Source: Moniliella sp. 'wahieum'
Taxonomy: Eukaryota
DNA: 64,000 bases
Direction of reading: 5' to 3'
NCBI GenBank assembly: GCA_003971905.1
Contig: RSEE01000087.1
Location: 186,001-250,000, forward strand
Shown: piece after piece, positions 12,721-27,111 of the stretch
Position numbering within the stretch: the first letter of the stretch is position 1
Layout of the letters: every line of letters starts with the position of its first letter
Notes under the pieces: model-generated
Seen by the model: the letters and a program-made list of their open reading frames with translations, nothing else
Databases searched by the model: none
What the model was told of the DNA's origin: nothing
Made by a program: the position numbers and the translations under genes

Positions 12721-12825
12721 GTCTCGGCCGCGGCCGAGTCCAAGATCAAGCAAGCCGGTGGCGCGATCCAGTTGGTCGCATAAGATTAAAGTCAAGCTGG
12801 TGCAGCGATCCAGTTGGCCGCCTAC
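12721..12825 (+). pseudogene. RPL28: C-terminal fragment of 60S ribosomal protein uL15 (yeast L28/human L27a), plus a degenerate tandem second copy
   Basis: 12721-12783 encodes VSAAAESKIKQAGGAIQLVA*, resembling the uL15 C-terminus (yeast ...VSKLAEEKIRAAGGVVELIA*). 12782-12825 is a mutated copy. No upstream exons found. Confidence 0.65.
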
Positions 12826-13112
12826 GCTTCGGGGATGGCCACTGGCTAACCCGTTTCTGATTTCTATTTCGATTCTGAATCCGAATCCGATTCCTATGCG
12901 ATGGCGATGGCCGTGATCTTGGCTAGGACCAGGCCGATGGCTACTAGGGACGCGGGGCGGCTACCGTCCTCCTAGGGCAGCCTCCTAGGGCAGCGCATTC
13001 GTATACGGCCATGGGTGGGGCGGCCCATGTCCCATGTCACCTGTCGCATGTCACAGGCCGCCCCTTGCAAAAGGCCACCCAATTGGCCCCCGCCTCGCCT
13101 TGGGAGCGTATT

Positions 13113-13161
13113 AGTACTTCGTACTGCGTACTTCGTACTTCGTACTTCGTACTTCGTACTT
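13113..13161 (+). repeat. (CGTACTT)n heptamer array, 7 units
   Basis: agtactt cgtactg cgtactt x5 read directly. Confidence 0.92.
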
Positions 13162-13457
13162 ACTGCTCCCGCCCCCCAAAATATATGGCACTCTATTGGT
13201 CGCAGACCAGACTCCCAGGCTGAGCATCCATCGAGGGTGGACGAATAGGGAATAGGATGGGTGGGCAAAAAAGCCAGGGGACCCAGCAAGGAGGCGAGTC
13301 GCCTGGTATCATTCGATTCGCGCATTGGGTCCAGCCAGCAGCCGCTCCTGGATGGGGGGGGGGGGGGTAGTCAGCAGCTCTGAGCTTGAAGCTCTGCATA
13401 TTCAGCGTCCAGCGTCTAGCGTCCAGCGTTCCGTGTTCCGCGTTCAGTGCGCCGCGC

Positions 13458-15289
13458 TCAACTGTCTTCGTCGTCCGACTCGTCGGGCTGACGGCGGTAC
13501 TTGGGCCGATGCTTGCGCTGCGGCGAGCTGGCCAGGGCCGAGGCGACGGTGCGTACCAAGGAGCGGTCGACGGTATGAATGTAGTACTTGCCCGACCGTT
13601 CGGCCCAGGAGACGGCGCCACGTGCGTGTTCGCGTTCCTCGACGCGCAAGATGGCCAGCGGGAGGACAAGGTGCGCTCGCACAGTTTAAAGTCATGCGGC
13701 ACAAACGGGCGCAACGAGACAATTTGCGCCCGTCTTTTAAATCGAGAAACTGCAGCGACAAGGTCTCGTTGGTGGCTGGCGTAAACGCATAGTTGTTGAC
13801 CAACACCACGTCTGCCAACGCCAATGCGCGCCGCACGCGGCTGTCGTCGCAAAAGTCTGCGCGCCACGCTTGCATTGGTCCGGCCTCGAGTGCCCACATG
13901 CGGAAACGGGAGCGCGCCTCGGCCAGCTGCGCCTCGGCGCACGCCGCGGGATTCTTCATGATTTCCACCCCGTCGGCCCGCGCGCCCGTTTGGATGGCAG
14001 TTTGGACGAGCAGGTTGCCCACGCCGCTGCCGAGATCGAGAAAGTGTTTGCCCGGACCGAGCTGGGTCAGCTGCGCAATCTCACTCATAAACACGGGCAA
14101 GAGCTCGCCATAGACGTTATCGCTAAACGCTTGGTACTCCGCCAAGCCCTCTACGTGCGGTCCGACCGCGCGCGCGTAGCACTGTGCCTGGATCACCGAC
14201 CACACCACCTCCCACGCCTTCGGTCTCGGTCTGCCGCCGCATCACCTCCAGCACCGAGCCGGACGCCTTGAGTGCGCGCAAGGTGTGGTTGAACCGGTCG
14301 AGAGTGTGGAGGAAGAGGGTGCCGTCGCGCCGGTTGCGCGCCTTGGTGAACGAGCGCAGGATCGGCTCCTCCTGCGGCGGAGAAGAGGAGGAAGGCGGGA
14401 CGTGGTTGGGCGTAGCGGGCGCCGAGGGCGTGTGAATCCGCAACCGAGGCGCCAGCGACGTAGGTCCCGTCTCGAGATCGTCCAGCGACCCAAACCTCTC
14501 GCTCGCCACAGCCGGATCAACGTAGGCTGCCACCATCGCATACACTGCTCGCAGCAGCTCAGCAATCGGGTCGTACTCTTCCTCCGAACGCGGCGAGACG
14601 AGCAGAAACGTTTCCTGCGCATCCATAGCCGGGTACTCGAGCGTGGCCACCGTGTCCGGCGCCAAGTCCTTAAAAAACGGCTGGAACGCCTGCGACCCGT
14701 CTGCCGCACCAGCTGGCGCGAACTCAGCACAGGGTACTTGCTACGCTCATACGCCGCCTCCACCACACACTCACGCGGCACATTGTACTCGGACGCAACC
14801 CCGCTCCGGCCCAGACGCGCCATCCCGCTCGGCACAGGACTCGAGACCGAGGCTGTGTCCCTGCGCCGGCGCGGCTCGACGTTCGACGGCGCGAACGTTG
14901 GCTCCCACTCCTACTCTCGTTGTCATGGTGGCTGCTGTGCTCGTTTCCCGTGTCGGTTTCTTGCTCGCTCTCGCTCGACTGGGAGGGGGTGGAAGGCGGG
15001 GTGGGCGAAGGCTGCTTGCTGCGCTGGGAAGGACGCGGCCGCTTGCGCGGCCGCTCAGAACTGGTATCCGTAGCGGGGGTCGGGGTGCGGGCGGCGCGCT
15101 CCCGTGCGAGGCCGCGCGCACGTCGGCAGAGAGCGCGTTGGTGGTGGCGGGGGCGGAGGGGGCGGGGGCACGCGCGGCAGGCGCCGGAGCAGCACGGCGC
15201 TTGACGGTGGTGGTCTTGACGACTGGCACGCGGGGGTGGGGCTTGCGCGGCTCCTTGCTGCCGCTGGGGGCGCCGAAGAAGTCGAGCAT
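13458..15289 (-). CDS. DOT1: Histone H3K79 methyltransferase
   Basis: LEYP...ETFLL..P...EEYDPIAEL, YQAFSDNVYGEL, FLDLGSGVGN, GVEIM, VVLVNNYAF, FLDLKDG, VSWAERSGKYYIHTVDR. Several frameshifts. Confidence 0.93.
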
Positions 15290-15538
15290 GGCCGGGGGGG
15301 GGGGGCGATGGTGGCGGTGCAAGTGGTGGTGGTGGAAGTGCAAGGGGTGCGGCTGGGCAGTCGGCTGGGTTAGGTCAGGTGACTGCGGTGCGACGTGGCG
15401 ACAGCCAACCGCCGCCGCCGACGCGCGCAGGGGGGCAGTGTGTGGCGTGCGCTCCCTACTCAGCTGAGATGCGACGCCTGTTTGAAATTGCAGTGCGAGT
15501 GTTATGAGATGGGAGGTTTGAGGCTCAGGTGAATATGA

Positions 15539-16701
15539 CTATTGTCTGTCAGTCTGCCTCTGCCCCCGCTGCTCCCCCACCCCCATCCCCTCCGCTACGC
15601 CCCGCGATCGCCAGCCACGTGGTCCCGCTCGCTGCGGGACGAACAGCGTCGACGACGAGCGCGACTGCCGCGCCTCGTCCTCGGCCCTGGCCTCGTCCGT
15701 CGCGCCGCTTTGGAACGCGCGCTCCTCGTTGCTTCCCCCCCTGCGCCGGGGCCGGCGCAACGGCCACGCCGACGACCGCAGTGCCTCCGCCGCTGCCGCT
15801 TCTTCTGCTTCTTTCTTCGGCTTCTCCCGGGCGATGGAGCGCGTGGGGATGGCATGGCCCTGGTACGCATGGATCTTTTGCACCGCACGCTGGTGCAGCG
15901 CCGTCTGGGAGGAGGTGAAGCCGAGGACTGAATGGGAGTGCAGCCGTGCGGACGGCGGTGGCGGTATGGGCTTGGTCCACGGTGGGCGGGACTGGGAGCT
16001 GCTCTGGGTAGGGTGGCGCAGCTTCGCCGCAGCGCCTAACACCCGATTCTGCATCGCATCGTTCCAGTCCAACGCGGTCACCAGCCGGTTGGGGCGGGGC
16101 AGTGGGCGGGGCGCACAAGAGGCGCCAGTGGCGGTGGAAGCCGCATCGCTTGTGTGTGTCGCATGTGGTACATGGGCGTAGGTGCAGTGGCGATCCCAGC
16201 GCCGGAGGGCAAGCTGCCTGCCCGCTCGCGCTGCTGGGCCAGCCAGCAGGCACCCGGCCCAGCTGCAGCACACATCAAATGGATTGATCATGTCGACCGA
16301 GTCGACCGAGGCAGTGAACGCGCGCGGCGGGGCAGGACTGGTGCCTGGCATAGGCAGGGCAACCGACGAGGCATTGCAGGCAGACGAGGCCGGGCCGAGG
16401 CCGAACTTGGCCTCCGCCTCTTCCAACGCGGGAAGGACGACGGCGGCGGTCGAGGGCGTAGGACGAAGGCGGGCGCGCTGGTGGGACCTGGCGCGGGGCC
16501 ATCCCAGGTCGGGCTCGCGTGGGAGGCTGGGTCGGCAGCTGGGTCCGACTGCGGCTCTGGTTCGGCCTGGACGCGTACAGGGCGCTCGGATGGCCCGTCG
16601 GCAGGACTGGCGGGGACAGGAGGCGGGGAGGCGGGGCGGCGCAGGCGGCGGGAACTGAAGATGCGCTTCAAGGTGCGCCGGACGAGGCTGGGCTTGGACA
16701 T
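15539..16701 (-). CDS. Hypothetical protein
   Basis: ATG 16701 in a GCCGCC context (MSKPSLVRRTLKRIFSSRR...). Coding-like segments such as LVTALDWNDAMQNRVL and a charged C-terminal part. No recognised domain; 3' end approximate. Confidence 0.4.
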
Positions 16702-17061
16702 GGCGGCCGGAGCAGTGGCGGGCGTGCCGGTGGCAGCCCCGCTGGCCGTCGTTGTGGCGGAGCGGGGCGGGCAGAGGTGCGTTGCTTGTGCGCTTGCCGT
16801 TGCTCGCAGCAGGCCAGTGTCCCCCCCGCTCCTGCTCCTGGAGCTTGCTTTGGCTTGGCGTAGCCACTTGCGCTCCAAGCAGAGAGAAGCCGCCGAGCCG
16901 ACCCTACCAGCTGCGTTCGCCCCTCTCCATCCCACCCAACCACACACACACACGCGCCGCACCTCCATCCGTGAACCACGCTGTCCACTCCCTTAGCTTC
17001 TATCGACGGGCGGTATGATCCGAGTGTAGCATACTGAATTGCGCGGTTAGCTATGTACGCG

Positions 17062-17977
17062 CTAGGCCTCCGGGACTGCTGCGGCGAGCGGTGGAGCCGC
17101 GCGGGGCCTCGGCTCGAAGCGCGGCGACGTCTTGGTCGCTCAGGGCGCGCCCCCGTCACATCCACAATCTGGGATGCGCCCGGGTAGGCAGGCAGGAAGA
17201 GGTCGAATTGGCGGTCGAGGTCGTCGGGGACAAAGCGGCCGCCAAAAAGTGTGGCCGTGGAAGAGCTGCGCACCGAGCTTGGGTGCCGTAAGGGAGAGCA
17301 AGACCTGTGGGACAAAGGTGTGGTTGACATTGCCTTGGTTGACGTCCCACGCGCTCGGCAAGTCCACGACACGATCGGTGGCCGGTGGCGGCGCAGCTCG
17401 AATTCCATAATCGATTCGTTGGTCAGGAGGTCGATCGCGTGCTTGTACGGCTCGCGCGGCGCGCCGTGGAACGAGAACCCAAAGATGCAGTCCAGCACCA
17501 CGTCACACTGGTTGTACGCATCCTCAAATTCGTCCGTGGCCAAGATGGGATGTGAAGCGCGTCGAGTTGGGTGCGCAGCCGCTCAAATAGCTCGGCTTGC
17601 TTCGGACGGGGGTACCACACTTGCACCTCGTACCCGAAATGGTGCAGATGCGCGCGGCCACCAGCCCATCGCCTCCCTGGTTGCCAGGCCCACAGGCAAC
17701 GAGAACGCTAGGGAAGTGGGGCGGCGGGTAGGTCTCAACACGGTCTGCGCACACGCCAGGCCGGCCAGCTCCATGAGCTGGTCCAGGCTAAACTTGTGGC
17801 GCGGCCCCATCAGCGCCTGGTCAATCGCCGCCGCATCTTGGGCAGAGATGTAGCGCAGGCGGAGGGCACGGCGGGGCCGCGGAGGTGGACGAGCGGTAGG
17901 AGGAGGCAGGCGGCGGCGGCCACCGGCGCAGGGGTGGGCAGGGAAGCGGACGGCTTGCTGGGCGGAGTGGCGGGCAT
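17062..17977 (-). CDS. NNR1: NAD(P)H-hydrate epimerase (YjeF_N / NAXE)
   Basis: YISAQDAAAIDQALM...FSLDQLMELAGLACAQ, VLVACGPGNQGGDGLVAAR, DCIFGFSF, VDLPSAWDV, LSLTAPK, GGRFVP. Multiple frameshifts; ends approximate. Confidence 0.92.
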
Positions 17978-18447
17978 GGTGGTGGGGGGGGGAGAGCGGG
18001 ATGGAGATGGAAGTGGAGATGGAAGTGGGATGGAAGTCGAGATGGAAATGAGCTGAGGATGGCTGGGGATGCTGAGGACAGTCTGTCCAGCGGGCGCTGC
18101 GGGAGAGGTGGTGGCCCGAGCTGCTGCTGAGGGCGCATGGCTGCGATGGGCAATGCGATCGAGCTGACATGTGGCAGCCCCGGCGGCTGGGGTATTTTAA
18201 TGCATCTCACTGCCCCCGTGCCCTGCTGGCCCGTCCGATCGAGGCCCAGCGCCCTTGGCGACACTGCCCCCGTGCCTGCCGTCTCAACGTGCATGCGCCC
18301 CCTGCGTCACGTGATGTGCTTTCGCTGTCCCTCCGTCGATGCCTCCCCCTTGCTTCCTCCGTCTCTCCTTCTATCGTGTCTGCTGCGACGGAATGCATGC
18401 ATTCACCCCCCCCCCTCCTCCGCTCATTTTCCTCCGCCTCGACCGGG

Positions 18448-20800
18448 TCAGACGAAGACGAGACACCCGTCACGGTGATCGGAGGCGGGCGCGGCAGCGG
18501 TACCGCCCCCGCCGTGTCCGCCGTGTCCACCGCGTCCGCCGGCCCGCTCGCGTCGTCGTCGCGTTCTCGTCGGCAGTGGGTGTGCTGGGCGTCGGCGTAC
18601 CGCGCTCTGGCGCGCTGGCTGGGCCGGGGTGGGAGATGCGATGCGGGAAGCCGGGCGAGTAGAGTGGGCAGAGGCCAAGGAAGCTGTTCCGCCGGGCAGC
18701 GGGTCGTGTGGGCGGGGCGCACAGTGGCCGAGGTAGATGCTGGTCCAGAAACTGAGTGCACGTTGGTCTGAGTCTGCCGCGTCGGGCTGGGTGGCGGTGC
18801 GCGTTGGGGGCGCAGCAGTACCGTCGGGGGTGTAGGAGAAGCGACGCGGACCGCAGCTTCGACAGGTCCGGTGGCATGTTGCCCGACAGTTCCAGCGCAA
18901 TCGTCGTCGCGTTCGCTCGGCGACGCACAATGCCCCCCCTTCCCCGCCCTTTTCCGCCGTTTCTTCTTCTCTGCCCCGGCTGCCGGACCGGCTGGCCCTA
19001 TGAGCCGCTCGCGCTTGCCCACGTGCGCCTCGGCGTCGTACCGGTTGGAATAGGCATAGTCGTCCTCCGACTCCGAGTCGGAGCCCGAGCCAGAGAGCGA
19101 GCCATCGCCACTGGCGGCATCTTGGTCGTACTCGTTGCCGCGCCCGGCGCCAACAGCTCATCCTCATCGTCCAACGGCAACATGCTGGCCGCACCCAGCT
19201 CAAACGAGGTAGTGCTCGGTGCCAAACGCCAGAGACGCACTTGCTTGGTTACCCTCTCTGGCGACGGTTCTCCTTCTTCTTGCGGTGGGCTTGGGCTTGG
19301 GCTTGGGCGTGCGCTTCCACCGGCACCGTCACGCTCGTCGACGGTGCCGGCCCGACATACAAACGCACCTTCATCCCATCCTCCAGCGGGTTGGTCAGCG
19401 TCAGCTCAAACACATACGTATGGCCCGGTAGCAACCGGTTCGTGTCCAGCACGCCTTCCTCCTCTTGTCTCCGGCTCAGGGTCAGGTGGCTCGCCCGTTT
19501 CGCCAGTCGGGCCGCTGCGTCTCCTCGTCCTTCGGGCGGATCGAGACCATGACCATGACCGACGGAGAGGGTGTGTGCTCCGGGCGTGTGGAGCGGGTAG
19601 CCGCGCAGCGCCCGGTCGCGATCCCGGTTGAGCGTCGTGGCCCATGCTGGTTGCGGATGGGCCGGGCGGCAATCCAATAGAGGCAAGTAGGCGTTGGCCA
19701 ACTTGATTTTGAATTTGGTCATTGTCGTTTTCCCGTCGGGCCGGACGAGAATGTGGGCAGACGCCGCAGCGGCGGGTGACCTTGGTCTTGAGCGGTGCCC
19801 GAAGCGGCATTAGCGCCTTGGCCCGGACCGGTGGTCCCACCCATTGGCCCATTTTTGCTCCAGCGTCGAAGATGCATAGAAACCCAACTCGGTCGCGTCT
19901 GACCCTGGCCCAGCCACCGGCGCGCCCAGCGCTTTGCCCACCCACCGCGCCGCATACTCGCCTTGGACGCCAGCGGCCCCAGCGACGTGCGGTCGCTCGT
20001 GTCTTGCCCCGAGTGTAGGCGGTGAAGGCGGCGTAGGGCGGCAGGCGTCCCACGCCGCTTCCGTCTGTGCCGACCCGCTCCCACTGGGCGGCAGGTGCGC
20101 CGAGGGCGAAGCCAAAACGGAAGGTCACGAAGCAACTTTGACCCGGCAGCCGGGACGAATGCGGAGGAGGCCGGGCTGGCGCCAAGGCCTGAACGGGAAG
20201 CATAAAGGCCGTAGTGCGGCGACCGAGGCCGCGTTGGCGAAGCGGCGTTTCGAGGTGCGCAAGCAGTCGCTCGTACTCGAGAATGTCGGGCGCATGTTCC
20301 TCGGTGGCTTGCAGCTGCAGCGCCAGGCCCGTCGGCTTGTCAAAGCTGATCCCAATCTCTTTCGAGTCCCAGCGACAGAAGGAACAGGACAGGTAGTACG
20401 GTGGCTGTCCGACGCTGGCCGCCTGCGTCAGTGGGTCGGCGGCGTGGCTCGGGTCCGTCGCGGAGATCGTGAGCCCATGCGTGCAGATGGACAGACAAAG
20501 CAGCTGCGCGGACACCGGTTCCGATCCGCCTTGACGTTGACCTTGCATGTCGAACATGCACAGCGGACAGTAGAACGACGCCACGTCGCTCGTCGTGCAC
20601 CGCCGACAGCGCAGCGCCGAGCACTCCTCGCAAAAGTACAGGTAGTCCAGCGGCACATACCCGTACGCTGCCGCCGCGTCGGCCGAGGGCACGGCGGCAC
20701 AAACGCGGGCACATCGTCGTCCCCGATGGAGACGGCGTGCTCGGGGGGACGTTGAGGCGGGTGAGCGTGCAGGGCAGAGGTAGAGCACGCGCGGAGGCAT
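18448..20800 (-). CDS. DCTN4: Dynactin subunit p62
   Basis: LDYLYFCEECSALRCRRC...FYCPLCMF, PPYYLSCSFCRWDSKEIGISFDKPTGLALQLQ, PLRAPLKTK..RRC..C.H, FELTLTNPL, FWTSIYLG. 3' end approximate. Confidence 0.9.
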
Positions 20801-20970
20801 GGTGGAGGGGGGGGGTGGTTACCGTTACACTCGTCCAGCTGTCCATTAGGCAGCCCTCGTCGCCGCCGTGCGCGCCACACAATTCCGCCCGGCGCCCTCC
20901 GCCTGCTCCACGTGGCAGGAAGGCGTGGTGCGCGAGGGAGCGTTAGTGCTCCCCCCCCACCGCCTCCACC

Positions 20971-21155
20971 ATGCCTGCCCGTCTCGTCGATGCCGGCCAG
21001 CTGCAGGCATACGCGGTGCTGCTTGCCACCGCCACGCTCTGCATCTACGCCGGCGCATTCTACTCGCTGCGCACGCCGCTCGCCACCCGCAAGGCACGCA
21101 AGGCCCACCTCGCCGCCGGCCTCGCCCCCGACTGGCACCACCTCCCCGGCGCCAC

Positions 21156-21188
<33 letters not shown>

Positions 21189-22493
21189 TGCCCACAGCGA
21201 CAAGGTCACTGCTGCTGATGCGTGGCTCTTCCCCATTCTGGGCTCGGGCGTGCTGTTCAGCATGTACCTCGCGTTCAAGTACCTGGACCCTGCCGCTCAA
21301 CGCGCTGCTCAGCGCGTACTTTGGCCTGATTGGCAGCGCCGCCGTCTTCCAGGTACGTTGGGCGCCTTTTGTTTTGCGACGCAGAAACCTATGTCCATGT
21401 CTATTCCCTAACCCCTGCTCACTCTGTACCCCCTCCCCTGTGGTTCTCGTACGCAGTGCCTCCGCTCCCTTGCTGCGTTGGTCGTGACGCGTCCGCCGGC
21501 CCGCCAGCACCCAAGCTCCCGTCCAAGAAGAAACCTGCTGCGGAAAACGGTAAGGACAGTGCCGCCGCAAACGGTCCAAAGGATGCGAAAGATGCGAACG
21601 ATGCGAGAAGGACGAGGACGAGGACGATGACGATGAGGAGGAGGAAGCTATCAACCAAAGAGTGGTGCAGCACTGGGTGGCGTGTACGCAGCACTTTGTG
21701 CGCACGCTCACGTTTTTGGACTGGGCGTTCTGCTGCCGCTTTCGGTGGGGGTGGTGAGCACGTACGTGCGCACGCGCCACTGGGCCGCATCCAATGTGAT
21801 TGCCGCGGCGCTTGCGTGGCAGGCCGTCGCGCTCGTCGAGCTGGACCGTTTCGTCACGGGCTCGATCGTGCTGGGCGGGTTGTTCCTGTACGACATTTTC
21901 TGGGTATTTGGCACCAACGTCATGGTCAGCGTTGCGCGCAACTTTGATGCTCCCATCAAGATTACTTGGCCACGCAACCTGCCCCTGATGCTGCATGCGT
22001 ACGTGACGCACCAAGCGTTGCCGGCCAAGTGGGAACTGGCTATGCTCGGCTTGGGCGACATTGTGGTGCCCGGGTGCTTTGTTGCGCTGGCGTTGCGCTT
22101 TGACCAGCACCAAGCGGCGGTACGCGCTGCACCACACACCTCCGTCGCTTCACTGCCCGCACCCGCTTTGCCTCCCCGTACTTCACCGCGACCTTGGTCG
22201 CGTACGTCTTGGCCTCGTGGTCACCATGACCGTCATGACGCTCTTCAAGGCCGCGCAGCCCGCGCTGCTCTACCTCTCCCCGGCGTGTGGGGCGCGTTGG
22301 CGATGACGGCCGCCGTGCGCGGCGAGTGGTCCGCCGTCTGGTCCTGGGCCGACTTGGACCAGGACAAGGAGAAGGAGCAGCAGGAAAAGAAGGACAAGAA
22401 GAAAAGAAGGAAAAGGCCAAGAAGGAAAAGGCCAAGGCTGACAAGGCCAAGACTGACAAGGCCCCCACTCAAGACCCTGTGCCGGCGCAGTAA
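20971..22493 (+). CDS. Signal peptide peptidase (GxGD intramembrane aspartyl protease, Ypf1/HM13-like); intron 21353-21456
   Basis: AWLFPILGSGVLFSMYL, LFLYDIFWVFGT, APIK, MLGLGDIVVPG and QPALLYLSP catalytic motifs. Confidence 0.93.
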
Positions 22494-22975
22494 CTTGGAA
22501 CTTGCCCGCAGGCGTTGGGCATTCGTTTACACACCTGCCCCACATACTCTTGTCCTTCGTTGTTGGCGGCCAAGCTGGATTCATTTTGTCGACGCTATGT
22601 ATCGCCTTGTATCCCTCCCCAAACCAAAACATTCCTACTGGCTCCAGTGCTACCCAGTGCCGCCCAGGGTACCCAGGGTACCCAGGATTGGTTCTCTCGC
22701 ATGTAGATACTGTGCCGGTCCCTGTTTGTCCTTGGTGGGTTGTAGCGCCGGATTCCCGCCAGATCCCAGGTCCATGGCGCGGGGCATCTCTATTCTATAG
22801 GAATACTTGTACTGGGGCAGCCTTTAGATTCGGGAACACATGGATTCGGTTCAACGCTCAATTCAAACCACATAGGGAAGATTACAGGGATGCGTTTCCC
22901 TCCCTAGGATGGAACCAGCGGGACCAACAAGCCAAGCCAAAGCCAAGCGACAATTCTGACAATGCCTTCTTTCCA

Positions 22976-25543
<2,568 letters not shown>

Positions 25544-26063
25544 CGTCGCGGCGGGGGGTGGTGGTGGTGGGGAGCAGGGGGCGGCGGCGCTCTGTTCTAT
25601 ATCGCCGGCCGGCTGACGCGTTGCGGGCGGCGGAAGCAGGCGGAACGTTCGGAACGCTCACGCGTCGCCTGTGCCACTCGCACACCGCCGCTGTGCGGCG
25701 GTGGGCGCGCACAGGCCACGTCACCGGGTCACCCCCCCGTGACGTCACTCGTCCGTGAGTGACCGGGTGACGCGTCCTGCCCCCCGGCAAGCTTCAAGCT
25801 TCAAGCTAAGCGCCGCAAAGTTTCAACGTTCGCCTGCCCGCTCGCGCCCGCGCGCCTTCCGCCCCCGTTCCGCCCCGGGATGCCCCCCCCCCTGAGCTCA
25901 GCACGCGCTGACTGGTGGCCGCCCGGTCACCTGACCGCCCCCTGCCGCCCGCGGCGTCCGTCGGCCTTCAAGCTTCAAGCTTCAAGCGAAGCTGAAGGCT
26001 GCGCAGCGCCCGCACTCGTGCTCCCTGCCCACCACCGCCATCCTCCCGCCCGCCCCCGCAAGC
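25544..26063. promoter_or_regulatory. Divergent CDC48/ISD11 intergenic region with GTCAC/GTGAC motifs, a GTGACGTCAC palindrome and two (AAGCTTC)n arrays
   Basis: Lies between two head-to-head start codons; motifs at 25720-25775, 25789-25830 and 25963-25990. Confidence 0.55.
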
Positions 26064-26578
26064 ATGTCTGCTGCTGCCCCCACCCGCCAGGCCTGGACGC
26101 GCCTGTACCGCGACTACCTGCGCACGGCCCAGTCCTTCGTACGTATCCTCCCGCGCCCCCATTCGCTCCGCCTCGCTGACCCCTCCGCCCAGTCCGCCTA
26201 CTCGTTCCGCACCTACTTCCTCCGCCGCTCCCGCGACATTTCCGCGCCAACCTGTATCCCTCTGCCGCCGCTGCCACCTCGTCGCCCTTCAGCAAGGTGG
26301 GCGCCACCACGACGCCCGTCGCGCCCCAGTCGCTCACCGCTGCCACCGCCCAGGTGGCCCAGCCTCCGGAGGCCGCGCGCGCCAAGGCAGCCCCCGAGGG
26401 CCAGGCGTCTGCCGCGGACCAGGTCGCGCACCTGCGCCACTTTTACGACACGGCATCCAAGGATCTCCACGCCCTGAAGCGCGCGGCCATTGTCAATCGC
26501 ATGTACGCCGTCGACAGCCTGGTGGTGGAGGAGCCGCATGTCTTCACTGCCTCGCGCGAGCCACCAAGCGATGCGTGA
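26064..26578 (+). CDS. ISD11: LYR-motif protein Isd11/LYRM4 (cysteine desulfurase activator); intron 26139-26192
   Basis: LYRDYLRTAQSF|SAYSFRTYFLRRSRDIF...LHALKRAAIVNRMYAVDSLVVE. Intron GTACGT...GCTGAC...CAG. Confidence 0.9.
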
Positions 26579-27111
26579 GCCTTCCCCCGCTGTGTCCTTT
26601 GTCCTTCACTGTTTTCGATACATGTTTCTCCCTGTTTCTGGGTTGCGTTGGGGGGGTGCTAGTTTGCTTCTGCTTCCATAGCGCCGCTGCCTGTGTCCGA
26701 GGGGATTGCCACCGGCGCCCCCAGTGCCCAAGTCCCGCTACGTCCGAGACGGCGAGCGTTGCCGCTCGGAGATGAAGGGCGGAATTTGTTCTGGGGCTGG
26801 CTGGATTCCAATTGGCAGATGGGAAAATGAAAGCATCAATTCACGCCCATGGCCTTCGTTACGCGTCATCCATGGCCCAGGCCATTACCCATCCTCTGGG
26901 CGTCCCCATCCCCTTTTAGCCTAGCCTGCTTGCTGGCTCGCTCACTACGCGACGGTATAACCAACCGCATGCCTCCCCCACTCCCCACCATGCAGGTTTA
27001 CAGCGTGCATTGCTCTCCCCGCCGCCACACCACCTAGACAGCGCAGGCAGAACCCCCCCCCCCCCGACCCTTGGAGCGACCGACGCAGCCAGAACGCCGC
27101 GTCGTCCGGGC

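Noticed and set aside
6955..17977. Metabolite-repair gene cluster (FAU1 and NNR1)
   Set aside because: The two genes are separated by unrelated genes, and no shared regulatory evidence was seen.
25640..25660. Heat-shock element upstream of CDC48 (GAAcgTTCgGAA)
   Set aside because: The third unit is out of phase by one base; support is insufficient, although a deletion error cannot be excluded.
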